A stretch of DNA of 64,000 bases, taken from NCBI GenBank assembly GCA_046290465.1, contig JBKAGP010000001.1, positions 6,304,001 to 6,368,000 on the forward strand. Reading direction: 5' to 3'. Source of the stretch: Planctomycetota bacterium (GTDB lineage Bacteria > Planctomycetota > UBA1135 > UBA2386). The position numbers were made by a program, and so were the translations under genes. Positions 20,637 through 35,200 of the stretch are shown here, piece by piece. Under the pieces are notes generated by a model. The model worked only from the letters and a program-made list of their open reading frames with translations. It had not been told where the DNA came from and did not search any database. Numbering within the stretch: position 1 is the stretch's first letter; each line of letters opens with the position of its first letter.

Positions 20637-21935
20637 TCATGCGGGCTTCAGCAGCACCCGCAGGTCGCGCACGTTGGTGCCGGTCGGGCCCGGTTCGACG
20701 GCGCAGCCGAGCTGCCGCAGCAGCGGGTAGGCGTCGCAGCGGCGCAGGTGGTCGTCGACGTCGAGGCCGGCGGTGGCGGCGCGCGCCGCGGTGTCGCCGT
20801 CGACGACCGCGCCGGCGGCGGGGGAGTTGCCGTCGACGCCGTCGGTGCCGCAGCTGAGCACGGTGATCGGTCGGCCGGCGATGCGCTCGGCACAGCGCAG
20901 CGCGAACTGCAGGTTGCGCCCGCCGGTGCCGGGCGACGGCGGCAGTGGCACGCTCAGCTCGCCGGTCACGACCACCGCGACCGGCCGTCCCGGGTGGCGG
21001 CGCGCGAGCTGTTCGAGCCGCGCCAGCGAACGGTCGGCGGCAATCTCGTAGGGCAGGTCGTCGACGTCGAGCTCGTCGTCGACGACGACGTCGCTGCCGC
21101 GCAGGTGCGCCGCGGCGCGCTGCCTCGCGTGGTGCTCGTCGGCGATCGTCATCCAGCAGCTGCGGCTGGCGACCCGATCGGGCATCTCCGGCAGCGGCGG
21201 GATCTCGTCGCGCTCGGCCCGCCGCCGCAGCGCCTCGGGCAGCGCCTGCCACAGCTGCAGTTCGTCGAGGTCGCGACGCAGCGTGTCGGCCGGCTGTTCG
21301 AACATCGCGGTCGGTCCGGACGCGATCGTCTCGACCCCGCCCGGCACGTCGCTGACGAACAGCGTGCGCACGTCGCGGGCGCCGCCGGCGGCGATGCCGA
21401 GGCGGCCGCCCTTGACCGCCGACAGCCGCATGCGCACGGCGTTGATCCGGTCGATCGACGCGCCGCTGCCGACCAGCGCCTGTTGGAACGCACGCCAACC
21501 GTCGACCGTGACGGCGTCGTCGAGCGGCACCTCGAGCAGCGACGAGCCACCGCCGCTGGCCAGGAACACGACGAAGTCCTGGTCGCCGGCGCCGGCCGCC
21601 AGCTGCAGCGCGCGCCGGCCGGCAGCGAAGCTGCCCGCCGTCGGCAGCGGGTGGCCACCGGGCACGACCTCGAGCGGCGGCAGCGGCGCGTCGTCGTCGT
21701 TGGCGGGCACCAGCAGGCCGTGCACGCGTTCGCGGATCGGCGCCAACGTCGCCAGCGCGCGCTCGGCCATCGGCCGCGCCGCCTTGCCGAACGCGATCAG
21801 CAGCACCCGGCCGTCGTCGGCGAGCTGGTCGGGCACGACCCCGACGCAGCGCGGCACCCAGGTCTGCAGGCGGTCGCGGATGTGGTCGAGCACGTCGGCG
21901 TAGACCGCCCGCAGCAGCGCCGCCGGCTCGCTCAC
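20637..21935 (-). CDS. Glycerate 2-kinase (TtuD/MOFRL family)
   Basis: GKAA..MA, HPLP, SGGGSSL, LSAVKGG, SDVPG, IASGPT, GGRN, GTDGVDG and GPTGTNVRDL motifs; GTG overlaps the upstream stop. Confidence 0.88.
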   Translation of the reverse strand: MSEPAALLRAVYADVLDHIRDRLQTWVPRCVGVVPDQLADDGRVLLIAFGKAARPMAERALATLAPIRERVHGLLVPANDDDAPLPPLEVVPGGHPLPTAGSFAAGRRALQLAAGAGDQDFVVFLASGGGSSLLEVPLDDAVTVDGWRAFQQALVGSGASIDRINAVRMRLSAVKGGRLGIAAGGARDVRTLFVSDVPGGVETIASGPTAMFEQPADTLRRDLDELQLWQALPEALRRRAERDEIPPLPEMPDRVASRSCWMTIADEHHARQRAAAHLRGSDVVVDDELDVDDLPYEIAADRSLARLEQLARRHPGRPVAVVVTGELSVPLPPSPGTGGRNLQFALRCAERIAGRPITVLSCGTDGVDGNSPAAGAVVDGDTAARAATAGLDVDDHLRRCDAYPLLRQLGCAVEPGPTGTNVRDLRVLLKPA

Positions 21936-22909
21936 GACAGCACCTCGGGGTTGACCACGTGCTGCGGCGCCTCCTCGCCCGACAGCACCGCCGCGCAGTC
22001 GCGCGCGGCCAGCGCACACATCTGCGAGCGCACGCTGGTCACTGCGCTGCCGACGTGGGGCAGCAGCACGACGTTGGGCCGTTCGAGCAGCTGCTGCGGA
22101 ACGTGCGGCTCGGCCTCGAACACGTCGAGCGCCGCGCCGCCGATCAGGTTCTCCTCGAGCGCCGCGATCAGCGCGCGTTCGTCGACGACCGGGCCGCGCG
22201 CGGTGTTGATCAGGATCGCGTTGCGCTTCATCGCGCACAGCTGCTCGACCGAGATCAGGTGGCGGGTCTCGTCGCTCAGCGGCACGTGCAGCGACACGAA
22301 GTCGCTCTCTGCGAGCAGCAGGTCGAGCGGCACGCGGGTGGCGCCGAGTTCGCGTTCGAGCTCTGCTGCGGCCGGCCGGCGGCTCGCGTAGAGCACGCGC
22401 ATCGAGAAGCCGCGGGCCCGCCGCGCGACCGCCTGGCCGATGCGGCCCAGGCCGACCAGGCCCAGCGTGCGGCCGTGCACGTCGGCGCCGCACAGCAGGT
22501 CGACGTCCCAGCGCTGCCAGCGGCCGTCGCGCAGGTAGCGCTCCGCCTCCGGCAGCCGCCGCGCGGCCGCCAGCAGCAGCGCGAACGTCAGGTCGGCGGT
22601 CGCCTCGGTCAGCACGCCGGGTGTGTTGGTCACCACGATGCCGCGCCCGGTCGCCGCCTCTACGTCGATGTTGTCGTGGCCGACCGCGACCTGCGAGATC
22701 ACCTTCAGGTTCGGCGCCGCCTCGATCACCTGCCGCGTCATCGGGTCGGTCAGCTGGCAGACGACCCCGTCGGCGAGCGCCAGCTTCTTCTGCAGGCGCG
22801 CTTCGTCCATCACCTCGTAGCCGTCCTGGTAGTCGACCACGCAGTGCTCCTGCAGGATCGGGATCGCGGCGGGGTAGACGTGACGGGTGACCAGCACGCG
22901 CGGCTTCAT
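21932..22909 (-). CDS. D-glycerate dehydrogenase / glyoxylate-hydroxypyruvate reductase
   Basis: VTNTPGVLTEATAD, GLGRIG, INTARGPVVDE, ALDVFEAEP and LLPHVGSA motifs. Confidence 0.92.
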   Translation of the reverse strand: MKPRVLVTRHVYPAAIPILQEHCVVDYQDGYEVMDEARLQKKLALADGVVCQLTDPMTRQVIEAAPNLKVISQVAVGHDNIDVEAATGRGIVVTNTPGVLTEATADLTFALLLAAARRLPEAERYLRDGRWQRWDVDLLCGADVHGRTLGLVGLGRIGQAVARRARGFSMRVLYASRRPAAAELERELGATRVPLDLLLAESDFVSLHVPLSDETRHLISVEQLCAMKRNAILINTARGPVVDERALIAALEENLIGGAALDVFEAEPHVPQQLLERPNVVLLPHVGSAVTSVRSQMCALAARDCAAVLSGEEAPQHVVNPEVLS

Positions 22910-22993
22910 CGTGGCGAACGTAGCGGGGCCGCGGCGCGCAAGCGAACCCGCGCGCATTTGGTCCTGTGCGCGGTCGCGGTATCTTCGCTCGGG

Positions 22994-23485
22994 ATGACCG
23001 TGCGCCGCTTCGCGTACTGGCGCGAGCCGCTGTGCCTGCTGTCGGCGCTGCTCTACGCCTGCAACCGCTTCTGGTGGAAGCCGTGCACCGACGATCCGTC
23101 GTCGTTCGTGCACTGCTACCTCGGCGACGTGCTGTGCCTGCCGGTGCTGCTGCCGGTGACGCTGTGGCTGCAGCGCCGCTGCGGTCTGCGCGGCCACGAC
23201 GGCGCGCCGACGGCCGCCGAGTGGCTCGGCCACTGGCTGTTGTGGTCGGTCTGCTTCGAGGCGGTCGGGCCGTCGCTGCCGCTGCTGGCGCCGGGCGCGG
23301 TGCGCGATCCGTGGGACGCGGTCGCCTACGGCATCGGCGGCGCGTTCGCGGCGTTCTGCTGGCGGCTCGGGCCGACCGGCGTGGGCGATGGCGGGCCGCT
23401 GCGCGTGGCCGGGCGGTTCGCCCTGGCCGCTGCCGTGGCGACGTTCGTGTTGAGCGCCTACCGGGTCGGCGTGCAGCTGCCGTGA
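22994..23485 (+). CDS. Small integral membrane hypothetical protein
   Basis: Several TM segments; LY..NR, YLGD..C.P, FE..P and DPWD..AY pattern typical of a conserved small membrane family. Confidence 0.65.
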   Translation: MTVRRFAYWREPLCLLSALLYACNRFWWKPCTDDPSSFVHCYLGDVLCLPVLLPVTLWLQRRCGLRGHDGAPTAAEWLGHWLLWSVCFEAVGPSLPLLAPGAVRDPWDAVAYGIGGAFAAFCWRLGPTGVGDGGPLRVAGRFALAAAVATFVLSAYRVGVQLP

Positions 23486-23492
23486 TATCCTC

Positions 23493-24764
23493 GTGCGCAT
23501 GTTGCGCCACCTCGCTTCGCTGCTGCTGTCGGTCCCGTTGGTCGCACAGGCGACGTTCTCGCACTACGTGCTGACCGAGCCGGCTCCCGGGGTGCCGGCC
23601 GAGGTCTACGCGGTCGACCCTGCGACCGGCGCTGCGGTGCTCGAGGTGTCGTTGACGATCTCCGGCGAACCGCTCGCGATCGTGCACGACGGCTTCGACG
23701 GCGACCTGGTGGTCGCGCTCGACGGCGGCGCCGGCCAGAGCCTGATCCTGCGGCTGCACGATCTGCAGGGCTCGTGGGCGGTGCTGCCGATGGGCACGGT
23801 GCCCGGCCGCGTCTGCGAACTGGCGGTCGCGCTCGGCGAACTGATCGTCGCCGTCGAGGGCGCCAACGGCGGCTTCTGGCGCATGCCGCGCCGCGGCGGC
23901 ACCGCGGTGCTCGAGGCGTCCGTGCCCAACCTGACGGCGATGATGGCGTTCTCGCCGGACACCGGCCCGCTGGCGCTCGCGCGCAGCGGCGTGCCGAGCT
24001 CGCCGACGCCGTTCTCGGGCACCGCGCTGTACGAACTGGTCACCGGCTACTACCCGTTCCCGATGACGAACTTCAGCGACCCGCTGAACCGCACCATCGT
24101 CGGCCTGGTCGACCTGCCGACGGCGCTGCCGCGGCAGCTGCTGGCGTTCGACGACGGCAGCTTCGCGCTCTACACGAGCTTCGGGCCGGGACTGACCGCG
24201 CTGTCGATCAGCCAGCAGAACGGCAACGTCGCGATGCATCCGCAGGGGCCGTACGGGACCGACGCGATGGTGCTCGGCGGCTCGCCGCCGGTGCTGTCGA
24301 CGATCGATCCGTGGGGCCAGACGATCAGCGCCGTCTCGCTCGCGCTGCCGGGCACGCCGGTGGACTTCGCCTACGGCCTGTCGCGCAGCGCCCGCTCGCT
24401 GCGCTTCGGCGCGCCGTGCGGTTCGCCCGTGGTGTTCCAGAGCTGGACCGGCGTGCCGCAGCTCGGCAGCACCTTGACCACGGCGGGATCGAACGAAGTC
24501 CACGCGCCCTACCTGCTGGTCGCCGGACTCGACGACTACGACTTCGGCCAGCTGCCGGCGGCGCTGCCGGGCGGCTGCTCGCTGCAGGTCCGGCCGGACC
24601 TGGTGCAGTTCCTGCCGACCGGCGCGAGCGGCTTCTCGACCTTCGCGCTGACGATCCCGAGCTCGGTGACGCTGGTCGGGACCGTCGTGTTCACCCAGTG
24701 GCTGCGTTACGACCCGGCGGGGCTGTCGTCGTCGTCGACCGCGGCGCACTGGATCGGCAACTGA
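23493..24764 (+). CDS. Secreted beta-rich (propeller-like) protein with the shared C-terminal domain
   Basis: Signal peptide ending PLVA-Q; C-terminal FGAPCG...PQLG...IP....LVG..VFTQ...IGN. Alternative ATG at 23499. Confidence 0.65.
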   Translation: MRMLRHLASLLLSVPLVAQATFSHYVLTEPAPGVPAEVYAVDPATGAAVLEVSLTISGEPLAIVHDGFDGDLVVALDGGAGQSLILRLHDLQGSWAVLPMGTVPGRVCELAVALGELIVAVEGANGGFWRMPRRGGTAVLEASVPNLTAMMAFSPDTGPLALARSGVPSSPTPFSGTALYELVTGYYPFPMTNFSDPLNRTIVGLVDLPTALPRQLLAFDDGSFALYTSFGPGLTALSISQQNGNVAMHPQGPYGTDAMVLGGSPPVLSTIDPWGQTISAVSLALPGTPVDFAYGLSRSARSLRFGAPCGSPVVFQSWTGVPQLGSTLTTAGSNEVHAPYLLVAGLDDYDFGQLPAALPGGCSLQVRPDLVQFLPTGASGFSTFALTIPSSVTLVGTVVFTQWLRYDPAGLSSSSTAAHWIGN

Positions 24765-24784
24765 GGCCGCTGCATGCTGCCGGC

Positions 24785-25921
24785 ATGGTGACGAAGGCCC
24801 GCTCGGTCGCGCTGCTCGCGACGCTCTCCCTCCCGGCGGTCGCGCAGCAGCCCGTCGACCTCGGCGAACTGCTCGCGCCGATCCGCACCGAGCACGGCGT
24901 GCCGGCGCTCGGCGCGGCGGTGCTGGTGGACGGCACGCTGCACGCGCTCGGCGTCGACGGCGTTCGCAAGCACGGCGAGGATCGCAAGGTCACGGTCGAC
25001 GACCTCTGGCACCTCGGTTCGTGCACCAAGGCGATGACGGCGACCTGGCTCGCGATGCTGGTCGAGGACGGCAAGCTGCAGTGGACGACGACCGTCGCCG
25101 AGGCGATGCCGGACCTCGTCGACGACCTGCATCCGACGGCCACCGGGATCACCGTCGCTGCGCTGCTGCAGCACCGCGCCGGCCTGCCGGCCGGTCCGCC
25201 GCGCGCGCTGTGGGCGGAGCTGTTCCGCTACGAGGGCAGCGATCGCGAGGCACGCACCGACGTCGCGCGCGCGCTGCTGCGCCAACCGGTCGAGGCCGAG
25301 CTCGGCCAGCGCTACCTCTACTCCAACGCCAGCTACATGATCGCCGGCGCGATCGGCGAACGGGTCACCGGCAGCGGCTGGCAGCAGCAGCTGCGCAGCC
25401 GGCTGTTCGCGCCGCTCGGCATGCAGCGGGTCGGCTTCGGGCCGCCGGGTGACCGCGACGCGCTCGACCAGCCGTGGGGCCATCGCCGCAGCGGCGAGCG
25501 GATCACGCCGGTGTTCGGCGACAACCCGTCGTCGCTCGGTCCGGCCGGCACCGTGCACGCGAGCCTCGCCGACTGGGCCCGGTTCGCCGCGCTGCACCTC
25601 GGCCCGGCTCGGCTGCAGGAGCAGCGGCAGGACGCGCACCAGAGCGAGAAGCCGAAGCCGCCGCTGCTGCGCGCAGCGACGCTGCGTGCGCTGCACACGC
25701 CGCCGCCCGAGGGCCCGTACGCGCTCGGCTGGAACGTCACGCGCCGCGGCTGGGCGCCGGGTCCGATCCTGTCGCACAGCGGCAGCAACACGATGTGGTA
25801 CTGCGTCGCGTGGCTCGCGCCCGAGGCGGGCTTCGGCGTGCTGGTGACCTGCAACCAGGGCGACGCCGGCAAGGCCTGCGACGCGGTCGCCGCGGCCTGC
25901 ATTCGGCGCTTCCGGCGATAG
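24785..25921 (+). CDS. Serine hydrolase, beta-lactamase class C / PBP-related family
   Basis: SxxK (GSCTK), LLQHRAG, YSN, GPAG and HSGSN motifs; signal peptide. Confidence 0.9.
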   Translation: MVTKARSVALLATLSLPAVAQQPVDLGELLAPIRTEHGVPALGAAVLVDGTLHALGVDGVRKHGEDRKVTVDDLWHLGSCTKAMTATWLAMLVEDGKLQWTTTVAEAMPDLVDDLHPTATGITVAALLQHRAGLPAGPPRALWAELFRYEGSDREARTDVARALLRQPVEAELGQRYLYSNASYMIAGAIGERVTGSGWQQQLRSRLFAPLGMQRVGFGPPGDRDALDQPWGHRRSGERITPVFGDNPSSLGPAGTVHASLADWARFAALHLGPARLQEQRQDAHQSEKPKPPLLRAATLRALHTPPPEGPYALGWNVTRRGWAPGPILSHSGSNTMWYCVAWLAPEAGFGVLVTCNQGDAGKACDAVAAACIRRFRR

Positions 25922-25953
25922 CTCCGGCGCGGCCGCGCCGGTAGCTTGCAGGC

Positions 25954-27555
<1,602 letters not shown>

Positions 27556-27576
27556 GCGCGGCGGTCGCGGCCCGGC

Positions 27577-28947
<1,371 letters not shown>

Positions 28948-29112
28948 GTCCGGCGATCGTCGCGGTCGGCGCGGCCGACGCAATGGGGTTGGCGCAATGG
29001 AGCCGTTGTGCGTGCCTTCACGCCGAGAGCGTCCGACGTTCACGCCAGGGACTGCCGGCATATGGCGTCATGTGCGGCCAATGCGCGGGCTGGACAGAAC
29101 GTGGAGGAATGT

Positions 29113-29127
29113 TGGCCGACCCTTTGC
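29113..29127 (+). promoter_or_regulatory. Putative sigma54 -24/-12 promoter
   Basis: TGGCCGACCCTTTGC has GG-N10-GC spacing with TTGC. It lies about 75 nt upstream of the giant gene, divergent from the sigma54 activator. Confidence 0.65.
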
Positions 29128-29200
29128 CTGGACCTCGTTCGCGTCGGGGAACAGGCCGGTTCGACCGGCAGCTCACCGTCCATTCGGAGCCAGCAACCCA

Positions 29201-32200
29201 ATGAGATCCATGCCCTCGTGCGCGGCGACCACGTGCCGCGCCACCCTCTCTCTCCTGACCATCGCGGCGCTGACCGGCAGCCTGGCGGCCCAGAGCACCT
29301 GGACCGGTGCGACCAGCGCCGACTGGAACGACGCGTCGAACTGGTCGAGCAGCAGCGTGCCGACATCGTCCGACGACGTGGTCGTACCACCCGTAGTCGC
29401 GCCCGCATTCGAGCCGGCGACGTCCGGCGCGCCGGCATGCCGCGACCTGACGGTGCAGGTCGGCGGCCGGCTGACGCTGTCGCCGTTGGTGGTGCTCGGG
29501 GTCCACGGGAACGTCACCGTCGACGGGGACGTCGCTGACGGGGGCAGCCTGGAGTTGCGCGGCGGCAACGCGGCCAGCGTCGCCGGGGCGGCGGCGCTGC
29601 CGACGCTGGTGGTCGACAAGGCACCCGGGACCGCGGTCTCGCTCAACGGCAGCCCGTCGATCGCCGGTGCCTTCACGCTGCGAGACGGCGCGCTGTCGGT
29701 CGCCGGCACCGCGACGTTCGCGCTGCCGGCGAGCTTCGTCGGCGGTTCGTTGACGAACCAGGGCAGCTACCGCTTCGAGTCGAGCGTCGCGTTCACCGGG
29801 ACGGCCGTCGGCGCGGCTCCACAGATCACCGTGCTCGGTGACTGGCAGAGCGACGCGAGCTTCCAGCCGACCTCGGGCGCGGTGGTGTTCGACGGCTCGT
29901 CGACGCTGTCGGGAGCGCCGTCGTTCTTCGACCTGGTGCTCGACATCGGCAACCCGACCCAGACCGAAGTGTTCGCCAACGTGCCGACGACGGTGCGCGG
30001 CGGGTTGACCGTCCGGGGCGGTGCGACGCTGTTCGGCAACCAGCAGGTGACGGTGACCGGCGCAGCCAGCATCGAGGCCGCGGGCACGTTCGACACTGCC
30101 GGCGGGACCCACCGCTTCGCCAGTTCGATCACGCAGAACGGCACGATCGCGGGCAACGGCACGTTCACGTGCGTCGGCAGCACCGCCGGTACGATTGCGG
30201 CCAGCCAGCCGCTGCCGGCGGTGGTGGTGCAGAAGAACGGCGTCACCAACCTGACGTTTGCCGGCGGCACCGATCTCGAGATCGACGGCACGCTGACGTT
30301 GAACTCCGGCATCCTGCGCATCAACCGCACCACGCGCGTCGTCGGCGTCAGCACGTTCGCGGGCGGCAGCCTGACCGGCAACAGCCTGCTCGATCTCGAC
30401 GACGACGCCAACTTCGTCGGCGCGTCGGTGACGCTGCCACCGGCCATCACCTGCTCGGGGGACTGGCTGGCGGACAGCTTCTACGACCCGGCCAGCGGCA
30501 CGGTGACGTTCGACGGCACGCCGGGGACCAGCCAGACCATCGACCTCAGCGGCGCCAGCTTCGGCAACCAGACCAACTTCTACGTCATCAACGTCGCCGC
30601 GGGCGCCAGCGTGACGGCGCTCAGCGAGCTGCGCGTACGCAACTCGATGACCGTGTCGGGCCAGTTCACGGCGGCAGCGCCGATGGACCACGACGGTTCG
30701 TTCCACGTCACTGCCAATGCGGTCTGTGACGCCGGCGCGTTCACCCACACGTTCGCCGGCACCGTCGATCTCGATACCGCGATCACGGTGGCGGGCACCG
30801 GCGTGTTCGTGTTCGACGGCAGCACCTCGGCGTCGTTGGTCACGCCGACGACCGTCGCGGTGACCGTGCCCAACGTGCGGGTCGTCAAGACCGGCGGTGC
30901 CAGCCTGTGGGTAGGCTACCTGCTGACCATCGACGGCTCGCTGGAGTTGCTCTCGGGCCGTCTGACCGGCCAATCGACCACCACGGTGACCGGCGACGCG
31001 ACCTTCTCGGGTGGTCACCTCGGCACCACCCCGAGCACCGGCTACGGGCTGGTCGTCGACGGTGACGTCGTCTGCAACGGCGCCGTCGCGGTGCACCCGC
31101 CGACGATCACCGTGCGCGGCAACTGGACCTCGGACGATCTGTGGGCGCCTCAGGATGGCGCCGTGCGGTTCGAGGGCACCAACCCGCAGGTGATGACCTC
31201 GACGGTCGGCCCGCTGCGCTTCGCCGGACTCGAAGTCGAGTTCGGTGCAAGCGCCTCGACGCAGGAACAGATCGAGTGCCAGAGCCTGGCGGTCGACGGC
31301 GCGTTCACGACCACGGCGGCGATCGACTGTGACGGCGCGCTGACGGTCGGTGCCCAGGGCACGCTCGGCGCCGGCGCGGCGACGCACCGGATCGCCGCGA
31401 ACATGACCGCGACCGGCAACCTGATCGCGACCGGCGTGTTCGTGTTCGACGGTAGCTCCGCCGGTTCGATCAGTTCGTCCGATCCGCTGCCCGCGGTGCG
31501 CATCGAGAAGGATGCGTCCGCCGTCTGCTCGCTCGTCGGGCTGACCATCATCGGCGATCTCGACATGCTGTCGGGGCACGTCCGGACCGGCAACTCGACC
31601 ACCGGTGTGCAGGGCGACGCGCGCTTCCAGGGCGGCCAGATCTCGTACACGACGATGGTCGTCGGCGGCGACGTGACGTTCTCGGGTTGCCAGTCGATCG
31701 CCAACCCGAGTGCGCAGCCGTGGGTCAACCTGACGTGCGAGGGCGATTTCTTCGGCCATCCCGCGTTCCGACCGATCAGTGGCACGATCACGATGGACTC
31801 GGATGGCGCGACGCTGAGCGGCGCGCTCGAGCTGTTCTCGCTGTCGTTGCCGACCAACTCCAGCGCCGACGTGCTGTCGCCACTGACGCTGGCGGGCTCG
31901 TTGTCGCTGAGCGGTGAGCTCGACCTGTTCGGCAGCGACCAGCCGATGGAGGTCGTCGGCGCGACCACGTTCGGCGCGGGTGGGAGCCTGCGCTTTGGCG
32001 ACCAGACCTATCGCTTCGGCGGCTCGCTGGACGCGACCGCCGGCAACCTGGTTCGCAAGCCGGGCACGCTGCTCGAGTTCTTCGGGCCGTCGAACGCGAC
32101 CGTCAGCCACAACCAGCAGGTCACCCTGCCGCCGGTACGGATCGCCAAGGACGGCACGGCGTGGCTGTCGGTCGGCGGCACCGTCACGATCGACGGGGAC

Positions 32201-35200
32201 CTCGAACTGGTCTCGGGCCAGCTGTCGGTCAGCTCGCAGCTGCACGTCGACGGCGACGCGACGTTCCGGTTCGGCATCCTGTCGGGCGGACCGACGGGCA
32301 GCCTGGAGGTGATTGGGGACACGACCTTCGAGGGTGCGCTGGTCGTCACGCCTCCCAACATCAAGGTGTTCGGTGACTGGACGGCCGACGCGCTGTTCCA
32401 GCCGACCACGCGCACGGTGACGTTCGCCGGCGCCGGCACCACACAGAACGTGCTCGGCAGCGAGGGCCGGTTCCACGCCCTGCAGCTGGCGATCAGCGCC
32501 AACGTGGTCAGCAACGTGCCGATCCACGTCGCCGCGGACCTTGCGATCACCAGCGCGGTCCTGCAGTCGAACCACCCCAGCGACATGGTCGTGCTGGGCT
32601 CGCTGGCCAACACCGGGACGCTCGGCGTCGCGGCGGCGCTGCGTGTCGGCGGCAACCTGACCACCAGCAGCTCGATGAGCATCGGGGACGAACTCGAGGT
32701 CGGCGGGGACATCTGGGTGCAGTCGGGCACGCTGTCCCTCGGCGACGGCCGCTTCGGCGGCGGCCTGCAGGCCGACGGCGGCTTCGCGTCGACCGGGACC
32801 GTGCGGTTCACCGGGGCGACCTCCGAGACCGTCAGCTCGGCGGCGCCGCTGCCGACGTTGACCGTCGACAAGTCGGCAGCGTCGACGCTGACGCTGGCGT
32901 CGGTCGACATCACGGGCGACCTCGTGCTGGCCAACGGCACCATCAGCGCGTCCGGGACGACCGTCGTGGCCGGCGAGGCGCGGTTCGAGGGCGGTTCGGT
33001 CAGCGGCGGTGGCACCATCGACGTGGCCGGCGACATCACGTTCGCCGGTGCGCTCGGCTATGCGCCGCCCAACTTCGTCTGCGGCGGGGACTTCACGACC
33101 TCGTCCGAGTTCCGCCCATTCTCGGGGACCGTCACGTTGAACGGAACGTCGGGTCAGCAGATCCTCGGCGCGGATGCGCAGTTCCACAGCCTCGTGATCG
33201 AGACCCTGACCGTCGTGTCGTCGGCCGTCGACCTGCACTTCACCGGCGACGTCGTGCACAACGGCATCCTCTGGACGACCACGGGCGATCTCGACTGTGA
33301 CGGCAACTTCACGTCGAACAACAGTTGGGACGTCGGCGGCGGCACGCATCGGTTCGCGGGGGCGCTGACGCTGCAGGGTTCGGTCTCGAACGCCACCGGC
33401 GAGTTCGTCCTGGATGGTCCGTCGAGCAACGCCACGGTGCAGAGCACGCAGCCGCTGCCGGCGCTGCGCATCGAACGCCAGCAACAGGTGACGCTGTCGA
33501 ACCTGACGGTCACCGGCGACCTCGACCTGGAGCTCGGTCGGCTGATCGTCAGCGGTACGGTCAACGTCGGTGGCGACGTCACGCTCCATGCCGGCGAGCT
33601 GGCCGGTGGCGGTCTGCTGCAGGTCGTCGGGGACTTCACCAGCCAGGGCGCGTTCACGACCGCGCCGCCGACGATCCGGCTGGCGGGCGACTGGACCGCC
33701 GACCAGGACTTCGCGCCGCAGGGTGGCCTGGTGACGTTCCTCGGCAGCACGCCGCAGGCGCTGTCGGCGACCGCTGGTGCGCTGAGATTCTACGCGGTCG
33801 AGGTGGCCAACGGCGCTGCACTCGTTGCGACCGAGCCGGTCACGATCGGCCACACGCTGCTCGTGAACGGCGACCTGACGACGTCCTCGACGCTCGACGT
33901 GGCGTCGACGGTGACCAGCAACACGGAGTCGGAGCTGCACCTCGGCGCCGGCGCCCACCGCTTCGCGGGCAGCCTCAACCTCGGCGGGGTCGTCGACGCG
34001 ACCGGATCGTTCGAGTTCTACAACCCGACGACATCCTCGGTCGCGGTCACGGCCGCAGTTCCGATCCCGGCAATCGTCAAGACCGGCGCAGGCACGCTGA
34101 CGCTCAACGCGGGTGTCGTCGTGGCGGGCGGGGTCGATGTTGCGCGCGGACGGTTCCGCTACGGCAACCCGGTGGTCGTGCAGGGCGACGCGGTGTTCCG
34201 TGGCGGTGACCTGGACTCGGGCTCGGTGCTCGACGTCGCCGGCGACGTGACGTTCCTCGGCGCGACGGCGACCAGTCCGGGAACGATCCGGTGTGCGGGC
34301 AACTGGAGCTCCGAGTCCAACTTCACGCCGCCCAACGGCGTCGTCGAGCTGACTGGCAACGGCACGATCGCGTCGCTGACGCCCAACCAGGCGGCGAGCT
34401 TCCATCTGCTCGACGTCAGCGGCGGCGCCCGGCAGGTCGTCGGCGACATCGCGGTCCGCGGCACGACGATGACGATTGCCACCAATGCCGACCTGATCAT
34501 CGGGGCCAACGCCTCGTTGACGCTCGAGCGCGCTGCGATGACGGTCAACGGCGAACTGCAGCTGCTCGACAACGGCCAGCTGCTGCTCGGCGAACCCGCC
34601 AGCGTGCGCGTCGACCAGCTCGGTCGCCTGCGCCTGCTCGGCGCCGGCGCCGCATCGCGGGTGCGCATCGATGCGATCGACGGCGGTGGCTACGGCTTCG
34701 TCGTCGAGGGCTTCGTCGCCGCGCGCGACTTCGAGTTCTTCCGACCGGACGAGCACGGCTTCGTGATCGAGTCGACCGCGACCGTGGACCAGTCCGCGGC
34801 GCAGGGCTTCCGCAACGGCACCTTCGACTTCCCGCGCAACGTGCCCGGCGCAGTGCTGCTCGACGTCGATCCGCCGACCAACCCGCCGGTGGCGCTGCTG
34901 ATGCAGAACATGGCCTTCCAGAACACGGCGGGTGCGCAGAACGTGCACAACGTGCGCGTCACCCAGGGGGAGACCGTGACGCTGGTCAACGCGACCGGTG
35001 CGTTCGCCGGCGAGACGTTCGAGGACGACCCGCTCGGGGATCGCATCGACTGGACCTCTGGCCAGCTGTCGATCCTCGGTTCGTTCGCGGTGCTCGCCGG
35101 TGCCGGCGAGGCGACGGTGGCGTGGTCGACGATCGACGAGTCGACGATCGCGTCGTTCACGCTCGATCGACAGCAGCTGGAGCCCACTCCGGGGTCGTTC

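Noticed and set aside
20637..24749. 1370-aa fused ORF, and the N-terminal extensions of ORFs 28088, 37381-39831, 43541, 44428, 52542-54677 and 53705-56524
   Set aside because: The true starts are internal, supported by motif onset and stop/start overlaps. The extensions overlap other genes.
24785..25921. Antibiotic-resistance beta-lactamase
   Set aside because: HSG rather than KTG in motif III fits the broad esterase/peptidase branch. Resistance cannot be inferred.
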